Assembly (NCBI GenBank): GCA_051294375.1
Contig: CM119268.1
Span: 6,705,232 to 6,769,231 of the forward strand
Length of the DNA: 64,000 nucleotides
Direction: 5' to 3'
From: Paraspadella gotoi
Lineage: Eukaryota > Animalia > Chaetognatha
Below, in pieces: positions 38,883 through 52,487 of this stretch. The notes under the pieces were generated by a model. It was not told the origin of the DNA, did no database searches, and saw only the letters and a list, made by a program, of their open reading frames with translations. Position numbers and translations under genes: made by a program. Each line of letters begins with the position of its first letter. The stretch's first letter is position 1.

Positions 38883-41800
38883 ATGTACGATCAACAACCT
38901 TACCAGGGTAAGTAAAATCCAAAGATTAAATTGTTTGGAACCTTCTAAAATTTGTGGTTTTAAAATTTACATAAAAATATTTGGAGAAACAAAAGACCAA
39001 ACAACTTCTTCCCTGGGGATTCCTCGCTCAGGCGTGCCCCAGCCTGGGGCGTTTTATGACCCAAGAATGCGGCACTCCCACGAAAATCTGGCGCAAGCTT
39101 ATCGACCTTCTATGGTCGTTCAGTAAGTGAAACTGTGAAATTTCGCATTATAACAAAAGAAACTAAACATCGCTTACAAATACAAAAGTTTCTTAATTTC
39201 GTAGAAAATAGATAATGAGTAATTTTTTATTTTAACGAGCCGTAAAAGTACAAACTCAAATCAAAATGAATAAAAATCTTTCTTTTCTTTTGTTTTAAGG
39301 GATCCGAGCAGAATGTCGATGGTGCCATCGCAGCCAGGCGGTTATCCCGGTTACGGTCCGTCGCCGGGACCGATGCCGGACATGCAGGCGAGGTAAGTCC
39401 CTCTTCCAAAACCAGATGATAGTCGGTGAGAGTCGGCGACAATTTCCCCCCCACACTTTACAAGCCCGTCCATGGATCCACGAGCGGACAGACTCGTGCA
39501 GATGGAACAGATGATGGAATCATTTCAGGGAGTTCTCAACAATCTCGTCTCGACTCTGTCAAAGGTAAGTTCGCTGAGGATTTGAGTGGTGGATATCTTA
39601 GGCGTTAGGAGGAGGAGAAAGATCTGTATGAATAATTTACATTATGAGAAAATGTATAGAAGAAAATTAATTTTTATGTTCTTATATAAAAAAAAAAAAA
39701 ATATGCAGCGTTGAAAAGAAAAACCTAGAGAAACTTAATTTCGACTACAAGTTGTTCTTTTTTTAATGATATATTGTTTATTATAAATTGATTGCAATTC
39801 GAATCGTTTCTCAGATATTTTTGAAGCATCAAATGCATTAAAACGTAAGTGATATCCGGATTTGTAATTTCGTTTTTAAAACTTTTCCCACCACAGCAAG
39901 AGGATCGCCTTCAGCAGATAGGCCCTATACAGGCCGCTGGTGGCGGCGGAGGCGGCGGGGGCGGAGCTGGCGCGGGGAGTCGGCCGCGCCAGGCGTCTGT
40001 GAGGAGGGTCAGCGGTCAATATCCACGAAACGATCCGGGCAGCGAAGACATTCGACGCTTCGTCATGGCAACGCCGCACACGCCGGTAGAGCGAGATAGA
40101 AAAAAAATAGTAGAGAAAAAAAAAATAAAGAGAGAAAGAAAGAAAGAAAGTGAGAAAAAATAAAGAAGAATAAGGTAAGGCTCACGAATAAGATCGTCCT
40201 ATGAATTGCATACGAGAATGTTAGCTTTGGAAAAAATATGCAAATTATAAACCGAACAGACGAATAGATCCATAAACGATGAATTCCTTTTCCTCAAGGA
40301 AAGCCCTCAGTCCGGTAGGCGTCGCTCTTTCTTCGACGATCGAGACCGCGACGAAGACGACGACGCCCTCTTGACCGTCTTCAAGAAATCCAGCGCCAAC
40401 GACAAAGTCACTCTCTTCCTCGGAAAGAGAGAAATCGTCGATCACGGATCAAAGGTGAGTGGACCTCTTATTTGTTTTCTTAACATCGCATGGCCACTTT
40501 ATAAATGTAAATTTTAACAATTTAAATTTAAATTTAAAAAAAAATCATTTAATAAATAAGCTAATCGTTGGTTACAACATAATAACTTGGCAGGACCTAG
40601 CAAGTTTTCAATGAAGGCTATCTCACAGTCTAGTTTATTCACTCCCAGGGTACCTGACTTCGCTATCAATGAAGTGGTTTAATGTTTCAAACATCTTTCC
40701 TTAGTCCAAACTCCTGGCTTCATTCTCCTCTTCTCCCTTCCCCTCCCAGCAACCACCAGTCCTGGAGGGGGTGATCTTCGCTGACCTTGAGTTCGTGGGG
40801 AATCTCAAAGTCTTCGTACAGTTGATGGGATCCTTTGAATACGGAACGGCCGATCTCGACATCCTCGGTCTCAGCTTCCAGAAGGATCTCTACCGCTCGG
40901 TGCAACAGGCGAGTAAACCACAACGACAACGACAACCACAACGACATATATAAAGAAAACTGACCGGAGTTTTTTTTTTTTTATTGTTTGGTGGATGTTC
41001 AAGATTTTTTTTTCGATATTGACACTAACTTTGTGGTAGTTCTCTGCCCGACGATTTTTTTGCTAAAATGTACAATTCCTGATAAAAATATCGAAAGAAC
41101 AAACGAGAGCCCTCAACAATGGCGCGTTACAAATATTGTTTTACTTTGTTACGATTTCGTCGACTTTAAACTTTCAGGTGTACCCGCCGCCAGAGGATGA
41201 CACTCAACGAACTCTATCTCAGTTTCAACTGAATCTCATGGAAAAGTTGGGGAGCGATCATGCTTTTCCATTTTGGTTTGAGGTCAGTCAATTCTTAGCT
41301 AAATTCAAGATTCTTGATTTTCCGGTTTATTTGTTTGATGTAGTCTTTTAAAATATATAATGAAATATATAATAAAATATATAATAATATAATAATAATA
41401 TATACGAGCGACGATATCTAACGACAAATCTTTCATTTTCTCTCAGATTGCGCCCAACACTCCGTCGTCCGTGACGCTTCAGCCCTACGGGTCGGACGGC
41501 GTCGAGGAGGCACCTTGCGGCATCTTCTACGCTCTAGAAGGTAGGGCTTTGGGCTTGCGGCTTTGGAATTACCAGGGCCTGGTGATTTCTCACCGGTACA
41601 TAGAAATCAAGTGAATGAGACAACCGGTAAGATCCTTGGTTAGGTCGTCTCATAAACTTGGTTTTCGAATTCTGTTCTAGTTTAACTTAATTTTTTTAAC
41701 TTAACTACAATTAAGCCCAAGACAATTGCTGCAATTTTTTTAACTATTAACTTAACTGACGCATCTCAATTTCATCTCAATTTTGCAGGTTACGTTGCCC

Positions 41801-42946
41801 ACAACAAGGACAGCAAACCGGAGAAACGATCCAAAGTCAAGATGAACGTCTGCAAATTTTCGCTGACTCCGCTTACGTCGACTAAATCCATTCCGACGGT
41901 GGAGGATACATTCTCTTTCCTCATGAGCTCTGGCTCGGTCAAGGTTTCATCACCATTTTAATAAGGACATTTTCTGACTGATTTATTTTATTAATTTTTA
42001 ATATCGTAGTGAGGAAACGTTGTAATAATTGTTTTATTTTGGGTGAAACGTTCTCAGGTTCAGGGACAAGTCGACAAAAGCGTTTATCTTCACGACGAAG
42101 TCATCAACATCGACGTCACGGTTCGTGCAGTTTGTGATTAAAAGGATATCAAACGATGAAAATTATATTGTATGACTCTATATACCTTAATAATCTTACA
42201 AATATTTGACCAATTCGTCCGCCCTTGCAGATAAGGAACGATTCCAGCAAGATCGTCAAGCACATCACCGTCAGCGTCATCCAAAACGCGGAGATCTTCT
42301 TGGGGACGCAAGCCGACTACGACGTCACAGTAGTCAAGTCCACCTGTCACGAGGGCTTCCCGCTCGGATCGGGGAAGGAGTGGACCAGGCAATTCAGGCT
42401 CTGCCCAGCCGACCAACAGAACAGAGACGGTGAGGGGGAAGAAGGGGTCACTTAAGTGCGTTGCGCCGTGGGTGGGTGAGGTTTCGATCATTAGTGAAGT
42501 TCCGATACATAAGTTTTCAAATTGTTATTTTTGAATTAACTAATCTACATTCCATAGGTTTCGCCTTGGACGGCGCGTTGAAGGGAGAGGGCGCCAAGCT
42601 CGCGTCTTCCACCTACATGAGAGACAAGATGGCTAACAAGGAAAATATGGGCATAGTCGTCAACTACTTGGTGGAGGTAAAGAATGGTTTATTGATGATG
42701 GATACACCTTATATTGTTTTAATTTTTAAATATTTGTATTTGTTTTTATGAATATTATTTATATTTTCCAAGCGAAAAATGAAAGAAGTTTTTTTATTTT
42801 TTTTGCGCGACTTTTAGGTGCGACTGATCATGCAGGGCGCGCGGGACGTGAACATCCGCATCCCCTTCGCTCTCACTCACGCACCCGTAAGGAGGAGGAG
42901 GGGCTCGATCTACGCTTCCTCCAAACCTCACAAAGAGAAGAGATGA
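38883..42946 (+). CDS. Atypical visual/beta-family arrestin with ~190-aa N-terminal extension
   Basis: VFKKSSANDKVTLFLGKREIVDH, FEYGTADLDILGLSFQKDLY, LMEKLGSDHAFPFWFEIAPNTPSSVTLQP, PCGIFY, DKSVYLHDEVINIDV, NDSSKIVK, GFALDGALKGEGAKLASST, MGIVVNYLVEVRL, IPFALTH. Five upstream exons (38883-40085) join in phase. The 3' end is uncertain because of a possible donor CCC|GTAAGG at ~42887. Confidence 0.9.
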
Positions 42947-44165
42947 AGAAGGATGTGAGAGGAGGAGAGAGAGAAAGAAGGCGCGAGAGATGGAGTGATG
43001 AATTAAAGGAAGATGCGATGGATGGACGTTTGATCTCGACGGACATTGGATAAACGACAAAGGACGCCGGACGCCGGAGGAAAAAGGTCTTATGGAAAAT
43101 CGCTAAATTATATTAAAAAAAATTATCGTTGGATCGATCGTTTGGGTGGAAGGGAGGAAAAATGATTCCCTGAAATCCTTAAGAATTCACGGTAGCCAAA
43201 AAAAAAGAGTAAATATTAAGTGAAAAGAACCGAATGGTTAACTCTTCACTCGCTCATGTCTTCGATATTCTAAAATTGCTGCTCCTGTTTTGTGAAAAGT
43301 GAATTTCGTTGTTCTCGGAGATTAGTAATTTGTGAGTCGTCGCTCGCTTAAATCTATTCTGTCTCACTCGATTCATATATTAATTATATTTGAAATCTTG
43401 TGCTTCTATAGCCTCCTGGCTGCCACTTTCTTCGTTTCGTCGCTTTCTCTGCATTGAAAAAAAAATTGTAACTTCGAAACTCGCGCGATCGTTGCCAGGA
43501 ACTTTTGTTTTTTTTGTGTGTGTTTTTTTGTAAAGCGCCATCAGTCGAAAATTTGGAAACAAAAGTGATTCATTCTAATAAATTATTCGCATGCATTTCC
43601 GTTTTGATTATTATTTACAGTTTTCAAATCGTTTCGATAGTAATTAACCACTGGTTATGAATTTTGATTGTGGGGATAAATATTTTTTGTATCGTTGTAT
43701 AGAATGATAAGCCGATGCCCCGGAACTACGGTGTACAGTAGAGTTTAGGGGATGCATCCGGTTATCAAAATGTAAAATAAGATTAAAAAATATTTCTCAA
43801 GTTATTAAACTTATTAAGCTTATTAAGCTTATTAAGCTTCAGGTCGAACGTTGTAAGACCAGTCTTGGTTATTTGTATCTCATCGGCGGTAGTAACTTGT
43901 TTTTCAATGAGAAATTTCACCTCGTTAATTCCGGAAGAGAGCGCTTTCGGTTCTATTTCTGTTAAAACTTTTTAAGGAAACAAAAGCCAACAAAAACTTT
44001 GTGAACAGGAAGAAAGTCTTCCGGTAAAAATAAATAGTAACTAATGAAGAACGTAATATTTGTTTTTGTTTTAAAATTTTTTTGCCAATAAACCAAATAG
44101 CATCTTTTCTGAATTATTGCAAATTTTCGTGTCAGGCTAAAAGTTAGTACATTTGCTTATTGGGG

Positions 44166-44691
44166 TGTTATACAGCCTGGCCAAAGTCAGGGGCGAGCTT
44201 ATTTATTGAATGAAAAGATTGTTCCAAACGTACCAATTGAACCAATTGAATAGATTGTACCTTGGTCAAGCGGCTAAGAGAGATAGAAAGAGAGAGAGAG
44301 AGAGAGAGAGAGAGCGACGGAGATATAGAGAGGAAAAAGGAAGAAGCACGGAAATATGCAAATGAGTTCCGATGAATCAGACGGAGACGTGATCAGGTGA
44401 CTCGGGTGTCTAGTGACGCTTTAGGCGCGTCACGGGACGACGAAACCAAAGACATCTGTTTGGAAACCGAGTTCAGGTGATTAGGGAGGAACGGAGGAAA
44501 GGAGAGCCAGGTATAAAAGGAAAGGAAGGAAAGGAAAGAGGGAGATTCCCAACTTTCAAATCCACGAAAACAGAGCGACGTTATGCTCTACTAAACTTTA
44601 ATAAAAATTGTTGTAATACTCTGTACTATTTATTCTCATATAAATATACAAAACCTGACTGTATTCCACTACAATTCTTCTATCGCTAACA
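44166..44691 (+). mobile_element. Composite repeat: TA-CAG...-type element end plus solo-LTR-like segment
   Basis: TACAGCCTGGCCAAAGTCAGGGGC matches the arm of the 16264-16503 foldback. Downstream are TATAAAAGG (~44512), AATAAA (~44600) and TGTTA...TAACA ends. No matching target-site duplication was seen. Confidence 0.35.
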
Positions 44692-45689
44692 GTAGTTAGT
44701 ACAAGCTCCTGGGCTCGCTAGTAAGGTATTGTAGCTATCAAGCCGCAACATTGGTTGTACCAATTTCATAAAATAACAATCCCTCTGAATCGAAGTCACG
44801 AAACTCAACATAATAATTTCTTGTTCTTGATTTAGTCTTAGAAAATAGAAAGAAGCCTCCTTCGAGTCAATTAGTATCAATTTTGGGAATCAAAAATTTT
44901 GACGACGCAAATGGGTCATAACGGGAGTAAAATTGAAAAAATCACTAATTGTGATCGGGTCACGTAATCTACTACATTCGGTGTTAGAACCCCTTTACAT
45001 GAATTAAAAGTTTTTCTTTCTTTCTGATTTAAAACTATAGATTTTTTTGTTTCGTTTAACGAGTCCTGGTGAAGTTTTTAATGAGTCATGTGGCTCCGTT
45101 TGAGGTCAGTATTCTTTTGTCATTTCATAATTGTACGTAATTGTATTGAAGTAATGTCATAAATAAAAATAATGGTTATTACAAACCTAATTCAGGATGG
45201 TAAAAAAAGACTATCAGACTACTGATGTTAAAAAAAAATACAAAGAAAAAATTCTAAAAAAACATTTCTTCAATGATATGATAGTATTTAACTCCTAATC
45301 CTTTCACGTTATCATCTCAGCGGTAATTTAAACGCAAAAGCTTTTCGTCGTCGTCGTAGTCGTCGTCGTCATCGTCGTTGTCGTCAGTAAATTTCTGTGA
45401 TTGAAATGATTCCGACGACGAACGATTGACGGAAAACGCGTGCCATTTTCCTCCTCCTCCTCCTTTTTCCTCCTCCTCCTCTACCGCTCTCCTCCTCTTC
45501 CTCCTCTTCCCCCTCGCCTCCCTTTTCTTCCCTCAAACTCTTCCTCTTTTTTCCTTTAAAACTAAATGAAAAAAAAAAAAAATGCCGACCCGCGCGCTCC
45601 TTTCCAACTTTTTCTTTCTCGAACCCCCCTTAATCCCTCCTCCTCTTCGCCTCTTCCTCTTCCTCCTCATTTCGCCGACCAATCCACCC

Positions 45690-45760
45690 CAATAAATAGG
45701 TTGACGCGGGGGATTATAAAGAGCTTGACGAAATCATCCCACCGACGCTGTCTCTATCTC
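45690..45760 (+). promoter_or_regulatory. Candidate core promoter of gcm (TATA box)
   Basis: TATAAAGA at ~45716, downstream of a CCAAT (~45678) and a C/T-rich tract, about 850 nt upstream of the gcm ATG. Confidence 0.35.
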
Positions 45761-46571
45761 ACTCTCTCTCCGTCTCTCGCTTTATATTCCGCTTTTTTTT
45801 TTTTCACCGACGGAGAAAATATAAAACAAAAGTCTCATCGCCGTAAAATTCTAAAAAAAAAAAAAAAAACCACCTAAACATCGACGCTTTCGCCGTGAAT
45901 ATTTTTGAAACATTCACCGACTCAACGACTTCCTTGATCAATTGGTCATCGTCCTCGATCGCATCTTCTGCGTTTCATCTCCTCGATCGCATCTTTTTAT
46001 TTGCGCGCATCTCCGAACGAGTTCTTCCTCAGCTCATCCTCCGACGCCATCGGTTCGACTCTGTCTCAACCTGTTTTCTCAAACTTTATTTTTTTTTTTC
46101 AAAATTGTTCCTCCTGTCTCTCGCTCTCCCTCATTCTTCAAAACAACGCATGACTCTCTCCTAGAGAAATCTTTTTTTTTTTATGCATGAAAAACTTTGG
46201 TGTCAGAAACAGATTTTTCTCTCGAAATAACGAATGAAAAAAAAAAAACTTTTTCCGATTTCTCGGTGAGAGGGTGAGAGAAAAAAAAAGAGTTCTCTCA
46301 CTCTCTCTCTCTCTGAACCTCCTCTCTCCCTCTCTAGTCTCTCAACTTCTCGGTGCGTCCGTCCGTTTGAGTCTCTCCTGGTGACTTGTCAGTATTTTAA
46401 ATTCCTTTAAATTTTTTTACAAAACGAACCTACGATTTATTCGAAACTGAATCATAAAAAAAAAGAAATTTTAAATCTCCCGCTCTCCTGTCCAATCATC
46501 AATTCCACTTCTTGGCCAACGCACCCTTACTTCCCAAAACCGTCCACCAACATCCTCCAACACCCTCCGCC

Positions 46572-47727
46572 ATGATGTTGACGGACTCTTTGGCTCAGGA
46601 CCTCGACCGCAATTGGGTCGTCAAGGTCGAGAAGACGCGCGTCGATTGGGAAGAGTTGCGTCCAGACTTTTCGCTCTTCGGATCGACGCCTCTCGATCGT
46701 CGCCACGGCGCCCGGCGCGACTTCGACGACAGCAGCGACGCCGGTGACGCCGATTTGAATTCCACGTGCGTCTCGGAAAGCGATTCCGACGCGATGTCGT
46801 CGACGACCGACTCGAAGTCGTCATCCCCTTGCCATTCCCCACATCCGGGATCTCCGGGCGGCGCCCCTTGCGACCTCCACAATCTTCACCACCATCTCCA
46901 CCACAACCACCCCAACCACCACCACGCCCTCGTCTCCCCACACCACAATCCCTTCAACCAATCCCTGACTCCGTCCGAATACGCCATCTTGCAAAATCTC
47001 GACGCGGGATCGATCGACGCGGGATCGATCGACGCCGCCATTTCCGGTTCCATCTCCAATTCCGTTCCCGAGGACTTTTTAGTTTTGACGCCGTCTGATC
47101 CCAACCCGTGGTCCGAGAACTTTGAGTCTCCGTATCTTGGCGGCGGCGTCGCCGGCGCGGTCTCGGAGGCGGCGCACTTCGTTCCTCACTACGGCGTCTA
47201 CGATGCCAGAAACTCCGGCGTCGTTGAAGCCTCTTCAACTATGCCATCCTTAGCGTCCCGAGACCCACCCATTCCATCGGCGTCGTCTTCGCCTCATCTG
47301 CGCGACGTTCTTATCGAAGCCGCGCAGAAGGTGGAGACGCGCGAGGGCGGCGCCACGGGCGTCAATCATTCCGACGCCGTCCACTCTTCCTCCTCCCCAT
47401 CCCCCGTCCGCGCCGCCCGTCCCCCGGCGCTCTCTCCCTTCATGGGCGAGGCTGGTTACGAACCCCTGGCGGCGCCTTCGTTCGCGGCGTCGGACGTCGC
47501 CGAAGGGACGCTCGTGTCCGAATTCTTCGTCGACGACAGAAGCGAAGCGTCGTTCGATGCCGGGCAACGACATTGTCAATCGATGCAGCAGCATCACTCG
47601 ATGCAGCATCAAATGATGATGATGCAGCTGTTGTCGCCGGAAATGGCGCCGCAGTTGACGCCGTTAACGCCCGTGCCGACCCCGAACTCGAGCGGGAGAG
47701 CGGCGACTTATTTTACGTTCGAGGGAA

Positions 47728-47763
<36 letters not shown>

Positions 47764-50340
47764 TGCCGCTGCCGCCGACAACGACGACGACGACGTCGAC
47801 GACGACGACTCCGACGAAGAAGTCCATGGTGAGTTTGATCGGGAGTGACAAAGTGTGAGGTAGGAAATAACTTTGTGAAAGCTTTGTAATTCACTATATG
47901 CGTTTAGATATCTCAATGTTTAATTTATAAAAGGATTAGAAGAACGATTGCAGAGATAAAAAAAATATTTTAATGACCACAAACTCGATTTTTGTTCAAA
48001 AAAGTTTTGACGCAAAATTGTGCTAAAAACATTTGATTTTTAAATAAAATTATTTTTTTGAATCGAAAAACCGCAAGAAATAAAATTTGGTTTTGATGAC
48101 TGTTAGTTTTATTTCAATAATAACATTAATATTAACGCCGAAAACTTTGCTAAAGTTATTGGATGGAAACTTGACAGGAGAAAAAAAAACCCCCAAATTT
48201 TGGAAACTTTTATGAAGTATTAATTAAAATGTATTATCAACAACGTCTTCGACCGATTCTCCTTCAGAAACGAACCCACTCGTCCAACGTCCCCGCGTTC
48301 GTCAAGATGGAACCGGAGACAGAGGACGGCGCCGCCTCCGTCGCCGCCACCGCCGCCTCTGTCGCCGCCGCCGCTAAACCCTGCCATCGCACGGCAGCCA
48401 CGGACGCTTGCCCGCGCACGCCCGGGCCCGACCCCGGTCATGAACGGAGACCTTCCTTGATTGTCGGGCCGGACGAGCCCGTCCGGTCGGGCTGGGAGAT
48501 CATCGACGCGACGCTGCCTCCGGTGAGTGCGAAATCGCTGGAGTTTAAATCACGCGAATTTTTTTTTTCATGTCGCTTGCGTCTCAAAATTACATTAAAA
48601 CTCGTCCAAAATATAAATGTCATCTGTAGTTCGAAAAATTTATTTGCATACTGTAGTTTTTAGGAATGTTATCTAATTTAATCTTAAGTTCATTCGTTGC
48701 TTGTAACTTTCTGGGTTTTGAACGATATCAGTATCATTTTTGTTATTAAGGCGACGGAAAGATGAAAATGAAGAGAAGGATAGCTGATATCACAGATAAA
48801 AGTGTTTCTATTTTTCTATCGTCGTCGATATTCAAGCAGAACTTTAAATTAAAGGAAAGTTAAAGTGTTTTTGGTTTTTAAAGTTTTTATCTTAATCCTA
48901 CTGGGCTACCTCCCGGTGGCATTATTTGTAGCTATAGGTCGAAGACCTGGCTTAGCTAACTTCCTTCATAAGCATTATGTGACAAAAAAGCCTGACTTTT
49001 GGGACCGCAAAAAAAAAGTGCATTTCGGGTTATGAAACTACCGAAAAAGATACTGAAAAGACTTCTAGAGATTCCATCAAAATCTTTTCGATTGGAAAAA
49101 AATAACGGGGCATTTAAGACCCCCCCCCAAAAAAAAAAATGACGGGAGGAAAAAAAAAACCAATCCAATGGGTTTTGTTTGCCGAGTTATCCATTTCACG
49201 GGCAACAATGGGATTCTTCTGTGAAGATCGATTCTCTATTTTCGCGACCGCGAAAGAACGCAGGTGTGAAAAATCCAGTTCCTTGCCTATGGGGTCGGAT
49301 TATCTTTTCTTATTCTTTTCGTCCTCCTCTTCCTCCTCCTCCTCCTCCTCCTCCTTCGCCAAAGACAAAGGTCGCCGATGAAAAGGCGTCTGTCAAAAAC
49401 GAGACGACCGAAGGAGGACGAATGGAATCCAGATTTCGTTCTGAAATTTTAGGGGAAAAAAAAGAGAGAGAAAGTGATAAAATTCGAGCAAAAATAACGC
49501 GCAATGCGCACGATTGTATATTTTCATTCGCATGAATTTACCTTTTCCATTATTTTTATGAATTTTATGGGGGGTATTTTATAAAGGGCAGTTGGTTTGG
49601 ATCATCTTTGAAGCCATCGGAAGCTGCCGCGAAGAAAGAGTCTTTCGCGAGATCGTATAACTTCCAAGGGTCATTCTCGACGCCCGAGTTTGCAGATCAT
49701 CGGAACGTAAATAAGATTCGCCTCAAATGATAGACGGCACTGGTTAAATCGAATACCCCGGCGTTTCGAAAGATGCAGTGTCTTAGGGGAAGAGAAACTT
49801 GCTAAAATATATAACAAATTATATACCGAAGGACTGACCGACCGAAAAACAAATATTTCGGGGACGCGTCGACCTTTTACGCATTTAATTTGAGGAGAAA
49901 ACCGCGAAAATGGATGTCGGCGGCGGCGAATCATAAAAAAGGAAATTCGGAATTTGGACCAAAAACAAAAATAGAATATATTTGACGAATAATTCGAATT
50001 TAACATAAAATAAATGTTTGTTTGAAACTTAACGAACGACCTCGGCGCGTGGCGTTTATTTTCTTAACAATAAACTTTACATTTGTTAAAAATTGAATTT
50101 GGCTGAGAGCAAGATCGGGGCGCACGAATGTCTGGCGACAATGTGTTTTTCGCGAAGGAAAAAAAAAAGATAGTTTAAAAATAAAAGTGAAACCTCATTT
50201 TGGTCGATGTCCAAGAAAGTTTGGAAGAAAGAGATTAATAGACGTAGAAGCCATGACGTCATAATTAATTTCCTTTGTTGGAAAAACGACGTCTTTTGAC
50301 GCCTTGAGAGTGGGCTTTGTGACCGTTGGATGAATGAAGC

Positions 50341-50424
<84 letters not shown>

Positions 50425-52105
50425 GTCTCTAACCTTCTCTTTCTCTCTCTTTTTCTCCGATTTTAAGGTCGATATCGCTATAAATAACATTTTAGTTCGA
50501 TGACATTTTCCTGACTTATAAACTTTAAAAAGATAAAGTCCCTTGACTCCTTGGAAAAGCTCCTCCATTAACCACCTACCTTTTCTTCACCTTCCAACCA
50601 CCTCAGGTGGAGCGACACGATCCTTTCCAGGAATGGCCCGACGGTCACCAAAGGTTCGTCTACGAGAAAGATCTGGACGAAGCCATTCGCCACTACACGG
50701 GATGGGCGATGAGAAACACCAACAATCACAACGTCAGGTTGGTCACAATTATTCAAACCGGAGTGATCTTTATTGAAAAGAATCATTGGGAACTGTGGAG
50801 GGACGTACTGATTAATATCTCAATTTTAGCTGTGGTGATCAGACTTAAATACTAGCTAAAATTGTCTAAAAAATGAGATAAAATTAATAAAAAGAAAAAG
50901 GAATATATAGTCTTATATTATATTATATTATTATCTCTGAAAATTTTACATATGTTCAGAAAGTTTTAAATACTATTTTTGGTGTTATATTTTCAATTTG
51001 TTCATAGCCATTAGTCAGACATAAATCCTATAAATGCATTTAACGAAAAAAATTAAACCTCTCAATATATATCTTTTTTAAAAATTTCGTCTCACCCGCC
51101 CCACCCAACATCTTTCATCCACCACCATCACCCCGCAGCATTCTCAAGAAGAGCTGCTTGGGTGTGCTGGTCTGCTCCGTCGGCTGCGTCGACGACGAGG
51201 GCAACAAAGTCCGAGTCAAACCCGCCATCTGCGACACCGCGAGGGGGAAGCAGCTTCAGAGTGAGTATTCCGTGTGGGTGGTGGCTGGGGTGAGTAATTG
51301 GGTTGTCGATGGAACGGATGGGGTAGGAAGAGAGTCGCGCTTTGGGTCACGATGACAACGACAACCAACGTGACATTATCAGTGTCACACCAAAGTCACT
51401 TTTACATTTTTCAACAGCGTTCGAGGTTTTTTTCCCCCCAAAATTCTTCTGATTACAATTACTAGTATTTCGACGTCATCATCGTTATCGTCGTGGCCGA
51501 TTAACCTCTTCCTCCTCCTCCTCCTCCTCCTCTCGGTCATTGCCCCCCTTATAACCGTCACTGTTCGTCACCGACCGTTCCCGATCCCCTCGCCCATCTG
51601 ACCACCGAAAAAAAAGAAGGGAAAATCGACCCCCCCCAACCGAAGAAAAGAAAGATTTTCACAAATAAATTTTCTCCTCGTTAAGACGTCGCTCGATCTT
51701 CGACAACGAATCATCGGCCGCTAGAGGCGCAAGAATTACGGCCCGGTGTACAATCGATCCGAGAGATGTCGTCTGGGTTTACGAGCCTCGCCGCCCCCTT
51801 TTACCTCTCTTTTCCTCTCTCTTTACCTCTCTATCGCCCCCCCCCTTGTCCAACCTGTCTGACGTTTTTTACGACCCCTGTCTTCTCGCCTCGACGGGGG
51901 AAAATTAACCGCCCGGGTTTTTTTTTTTGCCAACCTGAGCCGCCCCCCAACCCTCCCCCCCCTGCGTACATAAACGCCGTAGACCGCCCCACGATTTACC
52001 CCCCCCCTCCCCCGGGCCCGCCTTCCGACCGCCCCAGATTCGAGCTCATATCTCGAGCCTGAAATTGAAGCTGACCGACCTCCGAGCCAGACTTTGCTCT
52101 CTCTG

Positions 52106-52194
<89 letters not shown>

Positions 52195-52451
52195 GTTGAT
52201 TAACTTCCCATAATTCTTCACCGTCTGTGATCGTCTTGATTTTTCTGTGACTCAATCCTGCGTCAGACCGACCGACCGACCAACCCTTTACCCTTTTAAT
52301 CCATTTTCACTTTCCCCGCTTTTCCCAGTCTTTGTTCACGTGTGATCACGCACGAAGAACTTTCCATCTCTTCATCTCCGTGTTGAGAGAGGGTCCGTAA
52401 ATACATGTCTCTCTCTCTCTCTCTCTCTTCTCTACTTCTCTTCTCTCTCTT

Positions 52452-52487
<36 letters not shown>

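Noticed and set aside
43800-43840. TTATTAAGC tandem repeat (3-4 copies)
   Set aside because: A simple minisatellite without spacers; no CRISPR-like or other prokaryotic system is evident in this eukaryotic window.
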